From an uncultured Gammaproteobacteria bacterium (GTDB lineage: Bacteria > Pseudomonadota > Gammaproteobacteria > Steroidobacterales > Rariloculaceae), in the NCBI GenBank assembly GCA_963782445.1, contig CAWAJM010000001.1:2854179-2918178 (forward strand): a stretch of 64,000 bases of DNA. The letters are read 5' to 3'. Below are positions 39,001 to 49,872 of this stretch, piece after piece. How positions within the stretch are numbered: position 1 is the first letter of the stretch; every line of letters begins with the position of its first letter. A program made the translations under genes and the position numbers. The notes below the pieces were generated by a model. It was not told where the DNA came from. It searched no databases and saw nothing but the letters and a program-made list of their open reading frames with translations.

Positions 39001-39313
39001 CGGCGTCGCTCGTCGCCGCCTGCGTGCCGGCGGCCGTGAATTGGGGGAGCTGATTGAGCGCGGCTTCGAGGCCGATGTTGGTGCGCTGATTGAAGGTCTG
39101 CGCCTGCACCGTCACGATGGGACTTTGCGAAGTGTAGTCCCGGCGCGCGATGCGCGACCCGGTGACGACAATCTCTTCGAGATTCCTTTGGCCCTGCCCC
39201 TGGGACTGGGACGGCTGCTGCTGAGCGAGAACGTCGGTTTCGACACAGACGCCGAGCGCCAGAGCGACCGCCATCGAGAGCATGGCCTTGCGGCCAATAC
39301 AGAACGTGTTCAT
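36092..39313 (-). CDS. TonB-dependent outer-membrane receptor (large, about 1073 aa)
   Basis: It has a signal peptide, a TonB box-like LEEIVVTGSR, and a plug (IDRVEVITGGAAAVYGADAIAGVVNFILK). A long beta-barrel with aromatic-rich alternating strands follows. The upstream region is AT-richer. Confidence 0.85.
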   Translation of the reverse strand: MNTFCIGRKAMLSMAVALALGVCVETDVLAQQQPSQSQGQGQRNLEEIVVTGSRIARRDYTSQSPIVTVQAQTFNQRTNIGLEAALNQLPQFTAAGTQAATSDAATPFPQAGAAPGAATINLRGLGLNRSLVLVNGRRMQPINGQLVVDLNTIPSAAIDRVEVITGGAAAVYGADAIAGVVNFILKKNFEGLNVTAQSGISQEGDGQETSVSGLLGAAFGDGRGNVMLGAEYSKRGIILSKNRDWVVRGWNDPGTMGGSIGSSNLSQFTPSAFNAPAAGFPLKGSTYVIDQNGAVFDSSDPMNAAHPYTGPLGGSSGFKVNPDGTLGYNDAAHSYLQLPLQRYSLFGSGQIAITDKINVFSQLNYTESFVTSSGFVSSAFNVWSPTIPYNHLYDDPNSPTFGMAPAGTAQHPVPAQLAALLDSRPNPDAPWTYVGGLDYLPNFRTETTSNVYQIVGGLESDFTVGNNPWNWTVYASHGNTTVNARQPEGFPYLPRLQNLFNADQYGVNFDISSLPGYVPIAVTGHCTSGLPIFNPDGSVNNTPSVSKDCADYVVLRMNSITALQQDIVEGDVTGTVVKMPAGPLQFALGTDYRREHFAFDPDSGYNANQDYPNVIQNVILPVSVDGTTDVKEVYGELAIPLVKDKKFAQSLELDPGVRYSDYDTVGKVSTYKLLGDWSVNGWLRFRGGYQLANRAPNVTELFTPRGGSTLAGGTDACAYYPSGTQSWGNRPENPNRLNVQTLCQYLMTREGAPASLYVPGTPSADSYAYNVFGGTTYFPFVIGVTEGNPDLESEKADTYTWGVVLTPKFAKPTFSNITLSLDWYQIKLTNAIGTPGHDTIYQQCLDPKYNALIGDAPGSHTGAELAAGNPFCDLIQREYVGGAPLTPGNYGADRKYSAQYINQGGITSEGIDFQLDWGINFSDVGFQRIPGLLNISVQASHLNKYAESPFPGADFIDYTGTTTNSSFDTRFLSNFSYSNGPFLVGLRWEHLPSLNPAPGAAADTRPVDSHDQFDVYGNWSFGDRYQLRGGIQNLLNADPEWVGATSTNNAIGSTNSNYDQVGRSYYIGLTVKM

Positions 39314-39675
39314 CTCGTCCCCTCCCCGAAGCCTCGTGAACAGGACTGCAGCGTGTGCCGCGACTCTATTGCATTAGAACCTACCGTCAGACATATGGCG
39401 TATCGGGCATTTGTCGCATATTCGCGATTACTTTCCAAGCCCCCGCGAGGCGCAAATGCGCTACTTTTCGAGCCTGGCTATTTTGCGAGGTATGCGGCGC
39501 GGGGCTCGCCTGCGTGTCTAGACGCCGTCGTGGTATCCTTCGTCATGAGCCGACCGTCGTCGACCTTCTCTTCTACGAAGTCGCGCCGGGGCCGGCCCCG
39601 GCTCCCCGAACCCTTCCGCTATGCGGCCCTCGCGGCGAGCCCGTGCGCCGCGGAGCGTCCGCGCGTACCTCAAGC

Positions 39676-41211
39676 ATGGAGACCGAACACGCGATGACGA
39701 ACCCAGACGGCCTCAGTGCCTCGGAACTGTTCGAGCGCTCGCCCTACGCGCTCACTTACAACGACCTTCTCCTCATGCCCGGGCACATCGATTTCGCGCC
39801 GGCGGACGTCGACCTCGCCACGCGGCTGACGCGGGAAATCACGCTGAAGCGCCCGCTCGTGAGCTCGCCCATGGACACGGTGACCGAGCACCGCATGGCC
39901 ATCGCGCTCGCGCTCTGCGGCGGCATCGGCATCATTCACTACAACTGCACGATCGACGAACAGGTCGCTCAGGTCCGCAAGGTCCGCCGCTTCGAGAACG
40001 GCTTCATCCTCGACCCCGTAACGCTCTCCCCGGCGCACACGATCGCCGACGTGCAGGCCATCAAACGCCAGCACGGCTTCAGCGGCATTCCGATCACGGA
40101 AGACGGCACGATGCGCTCGCGCCTGGTCGGCATCGTGACGAATCGCGACATCGACTTCGAGACCGACGCGAGCCGGCCGCTGAGCGAGGTCATGACGAAG
40201 GAGCTCGTGACGGCGCACAAGGGCATGTCGCTGACCGACGCCAACGAGATCCTGCGGCGCTCGAAGAAAGGCAAGCTGCCCGTCGTCGACGAGCAGGGGC
40301 GGCTCGTCGCTCTGACCAGCCGCCGGGACCTGCGCAAGAACCGCGACTATCCCGACGCGACGAAGGACGCTTCGAAGAACCTCATGGTCGGCGCCGCGCT
40401 CAGCACGAAACCCGAGGACCGCGACCGCATGGCCGCGCTCGCCGAGGCCGGCGTCAGCGTCGTAGTCATCGACGCCGCGCAGGGCGACAGCAGCTTCCAG
40501 CACGACATGATCCGCTACGTGAAACACCGCCACCCCGAAGTGCAGGTCATCGGCGGCAATGTCGTCACACAACGGCAGGCCGAGAACCTGATCCGCGCGG
40601 GTGCCGATGCGCTGCGTATCGGCATGGGGCCCGGCAGCATCTGCACGACGCAGGAGGTCACGGCCGTCGGCCGCAGCCAGGCCACGGCCGTGTACTACAC
40701 GGCCCGGGCGGCGCGGCGCCACGGCGTGCCCGTCATCGCCGACGGGGGCATCAGCGTCATCGGTCAGATCATGAAGGCGCTCGCAGTCGGGGCGAGCGCG
40801 GTCATGTGCGGCAGCCTCTTCGCCGGCACCGAGGAGAGCCCCGGGGAATATGTCTACCGCGACGGCGTGCGGCTCAAGACTTACCGCGGCATGGCGAGCC
40901 TCGAGGCCATGAAGGCGGGCGGCAACAAGCGCTATTTCACCGAGCAGAGCAACGTCAAGGTCGCGCAGGGCGTCAGCGGCTTCGTGCAGGATCGGGGCAG
41001 CATGTTCGAGCTCGTGGCCTACCTGACCCAGGGACTGAAGCTCGCGATGCAGGACACGGGCGTGCGGAGCATCGCCGCGCTGCACGAAGGGCTCGAGGCC
41101 GGCGACCTGCGTTTCGAGCTGCGCAGCCCGGCCGCCCAGCGCGAGGGCGGCATCCACGACCTGTACAGCTATATGCCCTCGGACTCCGTCTACTTGACCG
41201 CGACGGAGTAG
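39676..41211 (+). CDS. guaB: Inosine-5'-monophosphate dehydrogenase, eukaryote-like subtype with CBS subdomain
   Basis: Part of ORF 39355..41211. The start is ATG 39676. Blocks include [40 protein letters not shown] and [14 protein letters not shown]. The catalytic loop is [14 protein letters not shown], followed by [26 protein letters not shown] and [10 protein letters not shown]. Confidence 0.85.
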   Translation: METEHAMTNPDGLSASELFERSPYALTYNDLLLMPGHIDFAPADVDLATRLTREITLKRPLVSSPMDTVTEHRMAIALALCGGIGIIHYNCTIDEQVAQVRKVRRFENGFILDPVTLSPAHTIADVQAIKRQHGFSGIPITEDGTMRSRLVGIVTNRDIDFETDASRPLSEVMTKELVTAHKGMSLTDANEILRRSKKGKLPVVDEQGRLVALTSRRDLRKNRDYPDATKDASKNLMVGAALSTKPEDRDRMAALAEAGVSVVVIDAAQGDSSFQHDMIRYVKHRHPEVQVIGGNVVTQRQAENLIRAGADALRIGMGPGSICTTQEVTAVGRSQATAVYYTARAARRHGVPVIADGGISVIGQIMKALAVGASAVMCGSLFAGTEESPGEYVYRDGVRLKTYRGMASLEAMKAGGNKRYFTEQSNVKVAQGVSGFVQDRGSMFELVAYLTQGLKLAMQDTGVRSIAALHEGLEAGDLRFELRSPAAQREGGIHDLYSYMPSDSVYLTATE

Positions 41212-41273
41212 TGAATCGTCATCGCGACGATCCGGCCGTCGCGAATCAGAATGCAATAACGACGGCCCGCCCT

Positions 41274-41528
41274 CTATGCGCCGCCGACGCGCCCTTCGAG
41301 ATACGCAACCGCACTCGCGACGCTAACGAGCTTCGGATAGTCCGTCTCGGGCACGTCGACGCCGAGGGTCCGATGCAGCGCCGTGACGAAGTTCAGCGTG
41401 TCCATCGAGTCGAAGTCGAACTGCTCGCGGAACGGCACGTCGGGCTCGAGTGTGGCCGCGTCGACGTCGGGGGCCACCTCGACGAGGGCGTCGACGACCG
41501 CCTGGGCGAGTTGCTCTTTGGATGTCAT
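41274..41528 (-). CDS. Stand-alone acyl carrier protein-like protein
   Basis: The protein is 84 aa and acidic. The phosphopantetheine-type Ser motif is FDFDSMDTLNFVTAL. Its ATG overlaps the E2 stop (ATGA at 41525..41528). Confidence 0.7.
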   Translation of the reverse strand: MTSKEQLAQAVVDALVEVAPDVDAATLEPDVPFREQFDFDSMDTLNFVTALHRTLGVDVPETDYPKLVSVASAVAYLEGRVGGA

Positions 41529-42784
41529 AGCAATCCCTCGGGTTCGAGAAGCCGCCGAGCGAGGTCCGCGAGGAAGAGGCTGCCGCGGTGGCCGTCACTG
41601 GCGCGGTGATCGGCGGACAGCGTGGCCGTGATCACGGGCGCGGGCACGACTTTGCCGTCCGCACACCACGGCCGCTGAACGATCGCGCCGAACCCGACGA
41701 TCGCGACCTGCGGCGGGTAGATGATCGGAAAAACGGTCTCGACGCTGCCTTCGCCGAGGCTCGACACCGTGATCGTGGCCGCCGTGAGCTCCGTGCGCGT
41801 CAGGCGGCCGGCGCGCACGCGCTGCACGAGATCCTGGAAGCGGCGCATGAGGTCGGGCAGCGGCACGCGCGCCGCGTCCTCGAGCGCGGGGGCGACGAGG
41901 CCGCCGCCGCGCAGCCGCACCGCGACGCCGATGTTGGCGGCCGCGGCCGGCTCGAAGCGGCCGTCGCGCCAGTAGCCGTTGAGCTCGGGCACGGCCTCGA
42001 GCGCGAGCGCGACGGCCTTGACGAGCAGCACGGCATAGAGCAGGCGTTCCGTGACGGGATGGGCCACGTTCCACTTCTCTAGCCAACCCAGCGCAGCGGT
42101 CATGTCCACCGTGGTCGCGAGATAGTAATGGGGGATTTCGCGTTTCGAGCGGCTCATGCTCTGCGCGATGACGGCGCGCATGTCCTGAGGCCCCGCCGGA
42201 CGCGGCGGCGCCGCCGTTCGCTTCGCGCCGGCCGCTGCTGCGCCCGTCGAGCCGCGCGCCCGCTCCACGTCCTCCAACGTCACGGCGCCGCCCGCGCCGC
42301 TACCCGCCAGCGACTCGGCATCCACGCCGAGCTCGCGCGCGCGGCGCCGGGCCGCCGGGGAGACGGGACGCCGGCCCGGGGCCGCAGGCGGTTGTGCCCC
42401 CGAGCGGGCGGGAGGGGCCGAGGCGCCGGGCCCGCCCGCAGCGGGCCGCGCTGCCGCCGATGTCGGCGCCGTCGCGGCGGATGTCGGCGCCGCCGCGGCG
42501 GCGCGGCCGGGTCCGGCGGCTGCGCCCCCGGCGATTGCGGCGGCCTCCCCGGCCTTGCGATAGATGGCGAGGACCGTGCCGACCGGCACCTCGGCACCCG
42601 GCTCGACGAGCAGCCGCTCCACGACACCGGGCTCGAAGATCTCGATGTCGATGATGCCCTTAGCCGTCTCGACGGTCGCGACGATGTCGCCGCGCTCGAA
42701 CGCGTCGCCGGGATTCACGAGCCAGTCCGTGAGCGTGCCCGCCTCCATGTCGGCCCCGAGCGAGGGCATGCGAAACTCAGCCAT
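41525..42784 (-). CDS. Dihydrolipoamide acyltransferase (E2) of a 2-oxoacid/acetoin dehydrogenase-type complex
   Basis: Part of ORF 41525..43081. The start is ATG 42784. It has a lipoyl domain ([35 protein letters not shown]) and an Ala/Pro linker. The E3-binding domain is [34 protein letters not shown]. The catalytic motif is [17 protein letters not shown]. Confidence 0.8.
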   Translation of the reverse strand: MAEFRMPSLGADMEAGTLTDWLVNPGDAFERGDIVATVETAKGIIDIEIFEPGVVERLLVEPGAEVPVGTVLAIYRKAGEAAAIAGGAAAGPGRAAAAAPTSAATAPTSAAARPAAGGPGASAPPARSGAQPPAAPGRRPVSPAARRRARELGVDAESLAGSGAGGAVTLEDVERARGSTGAAAAGAKRTAAPPRPAGPQDMRAVIAQSMSRSKREIPHYYLATTVDMTAALGWLEKWNVAHPVTERLLYAVLLVKAVALALEAVPELNGYWRDGRFEPAAAANIGVAVRLRGGGLVAPALEDAARVPLPDLMRRFQDLVQRVRAGRLTRTELTAATITVSSLGEGSVETVFPIIYPPQVAIVGFGAIVQRPWCADGKVVPAPVITATLSADHRASDGHRGSLFLADLARRLLEPEGLL

Positions 42785-43784
42785 CGCCGAACAGCGCAGC
42801 GGCGGCTGCAACGATGCCTGCGACCTGGGGCAGCGCGGCCTCTTCCAGGTGCTTCGCATAGGGGATCGGCACCTCGGCACTGCAGACGCGCGCGAGCGGC
42901 GCATCGAGGTCGTAGAACGCGCGCTCCGCGATGCGGGCAACGATCTCGCCCGCGAGGCTGCCGCTGCGCCAGCCTTCGTCGACGACGACGGCGCGGCGCG
43001 TCTTGCGCACGGAGGCGAGGATGCTGGCCTCGTCGAGCGGCCGCAGGGAGCGCAGGTCCAGGACCTCCGCCTCGATGCCACGCTCGGCGAGCGCGCGCGC
43101 CGCGTCGAGCGTCTTGGGCAGGCTGCCGCCGTACGTAATCAGCGTTAAGTCCCGGCCCGCCCGGCGCACGGCGGCACGATCGATATCGACGGCCGTCACG
43201 GCCGGATCGAGCTCGGCCTCGAGGTTATAGAGCATGACGTGCTCCACGATGATCACGGGATCGGGATCGGCCAAAGCCGCGGCCAGCATGTAGCGCGCGT
43301 CCTCGTGCGTCGCGGGCGCGACGACGCGCAGCCCCGGCACGTGCGCGTACCAGTTCTCGAGGCTGTGCGAATGCTGCGCGGCGAGTTGGCGGCCCGCCCC
43401 CGTCGCGACGCGGATCACGAGCGGCACGGAGAACTGCCCGCCCGACATGTGGCGCAGGGTCGCGGCCGTGTTCACGATCTGGTCGAGGCACAGCAGGCTG
43501 AAGTTGACGGTCATGATCTCGACGATGGGCCGCATGCCGCCCAACGCCGCCCCAATGCCGGCGCCGACGAACGCGGACTCCGAGAGCGGCGTGTCGCGGA
43601 CGCGCGTCTCGCCGAACTCCTCGACGAGCCCGAGGCTCACGGCGTAGCAGCCGCCGTAGCGGCCCACGTCTTCGCCCATGAGGAACACGCGCGGGTCCGC
43701 GGCCAGCGCCTCGCGCAGCGCCGCGCGCATGGCTTCGCGATACGAGAGCTTGCCGCTCTTCGAGGCTGCGGACGCGGCGCTCAC
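42777..43784 (-). CDS. 2-oxoacid (pyruvate/acetoin) dehydrogenase E1 beta subunit
   Basis: This is the C-terminal 335 aa of ORF 42777..44684. GTG 43784 overlaps the E1alpha stop (GTGA). It reads [32 protein letters not shown]...[40 protein letters not shown]. Confidence 0.85.
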   Translation of the reverse strand: MSAASAASKSGKLSYREAMRAALREALAADPRVFLMGEDVGRYGGCYAVSLGLVEEFGETRVRDTPLSESAFVGAGIGAALGGMRPIVEIMTVNFSLLCLDQIVNTAATLRHMSGGQFSVPLVIRVATGAGRQLAAQHSHSLENWYAHVPGLRVVAPATHEDARYMLAAALADPDPVIIVEHVMLYNLEAELDPAVTAVDIDRAAVRRAGRDLTLITYGGSLPKTLDAARALAERGIEAEVLDLRSLRPLDEASILASVRKTRRAVVVDEGWRSGSLAGEIVARIAERAFYDLDAPLARVCSAEVPIPYAKHLEEAALPQVAGIVAAAAALFGDG

Positions 43785-44772
43785 GGCGCCGCCTCGCGCG
43801 CATAGACACCGCGCACGAGCGCCTCGACCGGCTCGAACGTACCGCGCTCGGCGAAGTCCACGGCGGCCGCGACCTCGTCGGCGGCGGCCGTCCCGAGCGC
43901 GGCCAGGGCCGCGTCGTCGACGAGCCCGGCCTCGCGACAGCGCGCCGAGTAGGTCGCGATCGGGCAGCGCGCCTTCCACTGCTCGACCTCGTCCTTCGAG
44001 CGGTAGCGCTCCGGATCGAACATCGAGTGGGCGCGGAAGCGGTAAGTCAGAAACTCGAGCAGCTCGGGGCCGCCGCCGCTCCGCACACGGCCGACCGCGG
44101 CCGCGGCGGCCTGCTCGCAGGCCTCGGGGTCCATGCCGTCCACGGTCGCGGCGGGCACGGCATAGGCCGCGGCCTTGCGCGCGATGTGCGTCTCGGACTC
44201 CGAGCGTTCGAGCGCCGTGCCCATGGCATAGCGGTTGTTTTCGCAGAGAAACAGCACGGGCAGTTTCCAGAGCTCGGCGAGATTCATGGACTCGTGGAAC
44301 TCGCCCTCGGCCACCGCGCCCTCGCCGAAAAAGCAGGCCGTGACCGTCTGCAGGCCGGCGAGCTTCGCGGCTAGCGCAAGGCCGACCGCGAGCGGCAGCC
44401 CGCCGCCGACGATGGCGTTGCCGCCGTAGAAGTTCGTTTGCGCATCGAACAGGTGCATAGAGCCGCCGTGACCGCGGCAGCAGCCCTCCTGCTTGCCATA
44501 CATCTCGGCCAGGATGTTCGGCATCGGCACGCCGCGCGCAAGCGCGTGACCGTGCTCGCGGTAGGTCGCGACGACGGCGTCCTCGGCCTCCAGGCCGCGC
44601 ATGACGCCCGTCGCGACGGCCTCCTCGCCGACATAAAGGTGCAGGAAGCCGCGGATCTTCGAGGCGCTGTAGAGCTCCGCGCATTTCTCCTCGAAGCGGC
44701 GGATGCGCAGCATCTGGCGCAGCAGCGCGAGCGCGTGCTCGCGGTCCGCGGTCGGGCTCGCGGCGGCCGCGC

Positions 44773-44776
<4 letters not shown>
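43781..44776 (-). CDS. 2-oxoacid (pyruvate/acetoin) dehydrogenase E1 alpha subunit (TPP-binding)
   Basis: This is the C-terminal 331 aa of ORF 43781..45946. GTG 44776 overlaps the ligase stop (GTGA). It reads [35 protein letters not shown]. The TPP motif is [39 protein letters not shown]. Confidence 0.85.
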
Positions 44777-46533
<1,757 letters not shown>

Positions 46534-46678
46534 GGACGCGAGTCTATGGGCGCGCGGGCCGAGGGGCCAATGCGCAAAAACCGGAGACGTCCGCGGGACC
46601 TTCTTGCGCAGCCTGCCAAATCGGCTTACTTTCGCCCGATAATCACGACAACGACCGGGCCGGCCGGGGGAGGAAGCC

Positions 46679-47944
46679 ATGACGCGTCACAAGGGGCCCG
46701 ATCTCGAGCCCGTCGCCGGCAACGGCCTGTTGCATCGGCGCCTGTTCCTGGCCGGCGCCGCCGGGCTCGCGCTCGTGCGAGTGCGGCCGGCCGCGGCCGC
46801 CGTGCCGCCGGATCTGCCCGAGTGGATGAAGGCGCCCGGGCGCGGCATGAGCCCCTACGGCGCCCGCTCGAAGTACGAGGCCGACGTCGTGCGCACGGTC
46901 GGCGCCATGCCGGGCACGACGGGCACCGGTTCCTCGCGCACGCCGCTCGAGCATCTCGAGGGCATCATCACGCCGAGCGCCCTGCACTACGAGCGCCATC
47001 ACAGCGGCGTGCCCGACATCCCGCCGGACCGCCATCGCCTCCTGATCCACGGCCTCGTCGACCGGCCGCTGCTGTTCGATCTCGACGCGCTCTCGCGCTA
47101 CCCGCTCGTCTCGCACATCCGCTTCCTCGAGTGCTCCGGCAACAGCGGCGGTCTCAATGCCCCAAAGCCCCCGCAGCTCTCCGCCGGCGGCATCCACGGC
47201 CTCGTCTCCTGCAGCGAATGGACTGGCGTCCCGCTCGGGACGCTGCTGCAGGAGGCCGGCGCGCGCCCCGAGGGCCGCTGGCTGCTGGCCGAAGGCGGCG
47301 ATGCGGCGGCAATGAGCCGCAGCATCCCGATCGAGAAGGCGCTCGACGACGCCGTCATCGCGCTGTATCAGAACGGCGAACGGCTGCGGCCGGAGAACGG
47401 CTATCCCATGCGTCTGCTGCTGCCGGGCTGGGAAGGCAATACGAACGTCAAATGGCTGCGCCGCATCAAGGTCACGGCGACACCGACGATGACCAAGGAC
47501 GAGACGTCGAAGTACACGGACCTCATGCCGAACGGCAAGGCGCTGCAGTTCACGTTCCCCATGGGCGTGAAGTCCGTCATCACGTCGCCCTCGGGCGGCC
47601 TGCACATGCACGGACCGGGGCTGTACGAGATCTCCGGTCTCGCCTGGTCGGGCGCCGGACGCATCGTCAAGGTCGAGGTCTCGGCCGACGGCGGCAAGAC
47701 GTGGGGCGAAGCGGCGCTGGCCGATCCCGTGCTGCCGAAGGCCTTGGCGCGCTTCCGCATGGCCTGGCGCTGGAACGGCGGCCCCGCGATCCTGCAAAGC
47801 CGCGCGATCGACGACACCGGTGCCGTGCAGCCCACGCGCCGCGCGCTGCTGTCGGAGCGCGGCAGCGAGTTTCGTTATCACTATCATGCGATCCAGAGCT
47901 GGCAGGTCGCAGCGAACGGCGAGGTGCGCAATGTCTACGCTTGA
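46679..47944 (+). CDS. Sulfite-oxidase-family molybdoenzyme (SorA/SoxC-like sulfite dehydrogenase catalytic subunit), Tat-exported
   Basis: The Tat motif is [17 protein letters not shown]. It also has [16 protein letters not shown], the Moco Cys motif [34 protein letters not shown] and a C-terminal Ig-like dimerisation domain. Confidence 0.8.
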   Translation: MTRHKGPDLEPVAGNGLLHRRLFLAGAAGLALVRVRPAAAAVPPDLPEWMKAPGRGMSPYGARSKYEADVVRTVGAMPGTTGTGSSRTPLEHLEGIITPSALHYERHHSGVPDIPPDRHRLLIHGLVDRPLLFDLDALSRYPLVSHIRFLECSGNSGGLNAPKPPQLSAGGIHGLVSCSEWTGVPLGTLLQEAGARPEGRWLLAEGGDAAAMSRSIPIEKALDDAVIALYQNGERLRPENGYPMRLLLPGWEGNTNVKWLRRIKVTATPTMTKDETSKYTDLMPNGKALQFTFPMGVKSVITSPSGGLHMHGPGLYEISGLAWSGAGRIVKVEVSADGGKTWGEAALADPVLPKALARFRMAWRWNGGPAILQSRAIDDTGAVQPTRRALLSERGSEFRYHYHAIQSWQVAANGEVRNVYA

Positions 47945-48509
47945 GCGGTCCTTGCACGGGCGTCTGCTGCCGGCGGCCGTCGCCGCGCTCGCATTAGCCG
48001 CCTCGTCGCTGGCCGCGGCCCAGCAGGGCTCGAAACCGCCCCCGCAGGGTCCCAATCTCGGCGTGCCGGCAACGGCCGCGCAGATCGCGGGCTGGGACAT
48101 CAGCATTCCGCCGGACGGCGCCGGCTTGCCGGAAGGCGCGGGCACGCCCGCGGACGGTGCGCGCGTCTACGCAACGAAGTGCATCGGCTGTCACGGCAAG
48201 GAAGGCGCGGGCAATCCCGCCGACCGGCTCGTGGGCGGCCGGGGCACGATCGCGAGCGATCGTCCCGTGCGCACGGTCGGCAGCTACTGGCCGTATGCGA
48301 CGACGCTGTTCGATTACATCCGCCGCGCGATGCCCTATCCGGCACCGCATTCGCTGACGAACGACGAGGCCTACGCGCTGACCGCCTACCTGCTGCGGTT
48401 GAACGGCATCGTCGGCGACGATGCGAAAATCGACGCCGAGACGCTGCCCAAGATCAAGATGCCGAACGCCGGCAACTTCGAATGGGCGTGGCCCAATTGG
48501 CACCAGTAG
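47931..48509 (+). CDS. Monoheme cytochrome c subunit (SorB/SoxD-like)
   Basis: Part of ORF 47820..48509. ATG 47931 overlaps the 3' end of the molybdoenzyme gene by 14 nt. A signal peptide is present. There is a single CIGCHG heme motif. It also has SYWPYATTLFDYIRRAMP. Confidence 0.7.
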   Translation: MSTLERSLHGRLLPAAVAALALAASSLAAAQQGSKPPPQGPNLGVPATAAQIAGWDISIPPDGAGLPEGAGTPADGARVYATKCIGCHGKEGAGNPADRLVGGRGTIASDRPVRTVGSYWPYATTLFDYIRRAMPYPAPHSLTNDEAYALTAYLLRLNGIVGDDAKIDAETLPKIKMPNAGNFEWAWPNWHQ

Positions 48510-48917
48510 CCGCTCCGAAAGCGATCCTTCGCCGCGCTCGGAATCGGCGGGTCGACTCGCGGCCGTCGCTGATCCGGTAGCCTGACGAGACGTGCCGGCA
48601 AACGCGCGGACCGTCGAGGCGCCGCTTACTGCAGCCCGAAAACGGTGCACTCGGCACGAGCGGCGCATTAGCAGCAAACATTAGCTTGCGTTCGCTGCTT
48701 ACTCTTCCCGTTGTGCAACAGCCTCTGCGCGCCGTCCGGTCCAGGCGCGCATTCTGCAGAAGGCCTCTGCCGACCTGCGCAATGAAGCCTCACGGCGCCG
48801 CGCGATCCACTGCCTTAAAATCAGCGCGAGTTTCCCGGTATCCCACCCGGCGTTTGCGAACGAGGGATGGCCAAACGCCTCTGCTGCATCCTGAGTAATC
48901 GAGAAGGTGAGTCGCCC

Positions 48918-49859
48918 ATGGGCATGATCTTGAATGGAAAGTGGACGGAGGAAACCCCGGCGGAGACGGGCGCGGGCGGCGAATTCAAGCGCATGGACTC
49001 GGCCTTCCGCCGTTGGATTCGGGCCGACGGCTCGACGGACTTCGCACCTGAGCCCGGCCGCTACCATCTCTACGTCGGCTGGCACTGCCCCTGGGCTCAC
49101 CGCACGATCATGTTTCGCGTGCTCAAGGGGCTCGAGGACGCCGTCAGCATCTCGTACTGCCTGCCCTATTACCGCGAAGGCGGCTGGACGTTCGAGCGCC
49201 GGCCCGAATGCCCGGACTGCACACCGGACGCGGTCAACGGCTTCAGGCATCTCTATGAGGCCTACATTGCCGCGCGGCCCGATTACACGGGCAAGGTTAC
49301 GATTCCGACGCTCTGGGACAAGAAACGCCGAACGATCGTGAGCAACGAGTCCTCGGAGATCATCCGCATGCTGAACTCGGAGTTCGTCGGGGTCGCCGGC
49401 AACGACCGAGACTACTATCCGGAACCGCTGCGCGAGGAAATCGACGCAGTCAATACCTTCGTCTACGACAATGTGAACAACGGCGTCTACAAGACCGGCT
49501 TCGCGAAGAGTCAGGCGGCCTACGATGCGGCCTACGACGCGCTGTTCGCGGCCCTCGACAAGCTCAACGTCCGGCTCGGCACCCGGCGATATCTGCTGGG
49601 CGACCGGCAAACCGAAGCGGATTGGCGGCTGTTTCCGACGCTCGTGCGCTTCAACGTCGCCTACTTCTCGGCCTTCAAATGCAACCGCCAGCGCATCGCG
49701 GACTTTCCGCATCTCTGGCGTTACGTCAAGGATCTGTATGCGACGCCGGGCATCGCCGCGACCGTCAAGCCGCGCATTTACGTGCAAAACTACTATTCGC
49801 TGGAAAACGTGAACCCGAACGGCATCATCCCCAAGGGCACGCCCGTGGATTTCTCCTGA
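48918..49859 (+). CDS. Glutathionyl-hydroquinone reductase (Xi-class GST, YqjG/ECM4-like)
   Basis: Part of ORF 48867..49859. The start is ATG 48918 after GAGAAGGTGA. It reads GRYHLYVGWHCPWAHRTIMFRVLKGLE (CPWA active site), VTIPTLWDKK..TIVSNESSEIIRMLN, NNGVYKTGFA and EADWRLFPTLVRFN.VY. Confidence 0.8.
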   Translation: MGMILNGKWTEETPAETGAGGEFKRMDSAFRRWIRADGSTDFAPEPGRYHLYVGWHCPWAHRTIMFRVLKGLEDAVSISYCLPYYREGGWTFERRPECPDCTPDAVNGFRHLYEAYIAARPDYTGKVTIPTLWDKKRRTIVSNESSEIIRMLNSEFVGVAGNDRDYYPEPLREEIDAVNTFVYDNVNNGVYKTGFAKSQAAYDAAYDALFAALDKLNVRLGTRRYLLGDRQTEADWRLFPTLVRFNVAYFSAFKCNRQRIADFPHLWRYVKDLYATPGIAATVKPRIYVQNYYSLENVNPNGIIPKGTPVDFS

Positions 49860-49872
49860 CGGGAACGCGCCT

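Noticed and set aside
36023-39697. A 1224-aa ORF antisense to the TonB-dependent receptor. Similar long antisense ORFs occur at 24323..27850, 10944..13538, 32772..35132, 44932..47997, 46643..48145 and 48699..50471.
   Set aside because: All are Arg-rich junk translations lying opposite genes with clear family motifs. None has a signal peptide, a conserved motif or a plausible RBS. I treat them as GC-driven shadow ORFs.
42440-42500. A short near-duplication ([13 protein letters not shown]) in the E2 gene
   Set aside because: It lies in the Ala/Pro-rich inter-domain linker, where such slippage repeats are common and functionally neutral.
48510-48917. A roughly 400-bp intergenic gap with small ORFs (for example 48686..48898) and a short ATTAGC-N7-ATTAGC repeat
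   Set aside because: The small ORFs have no RBS, signal or motif support, and the repeat is too short to interpret. I found no convincing promoter, riboswitch or sRNA structure by eye.
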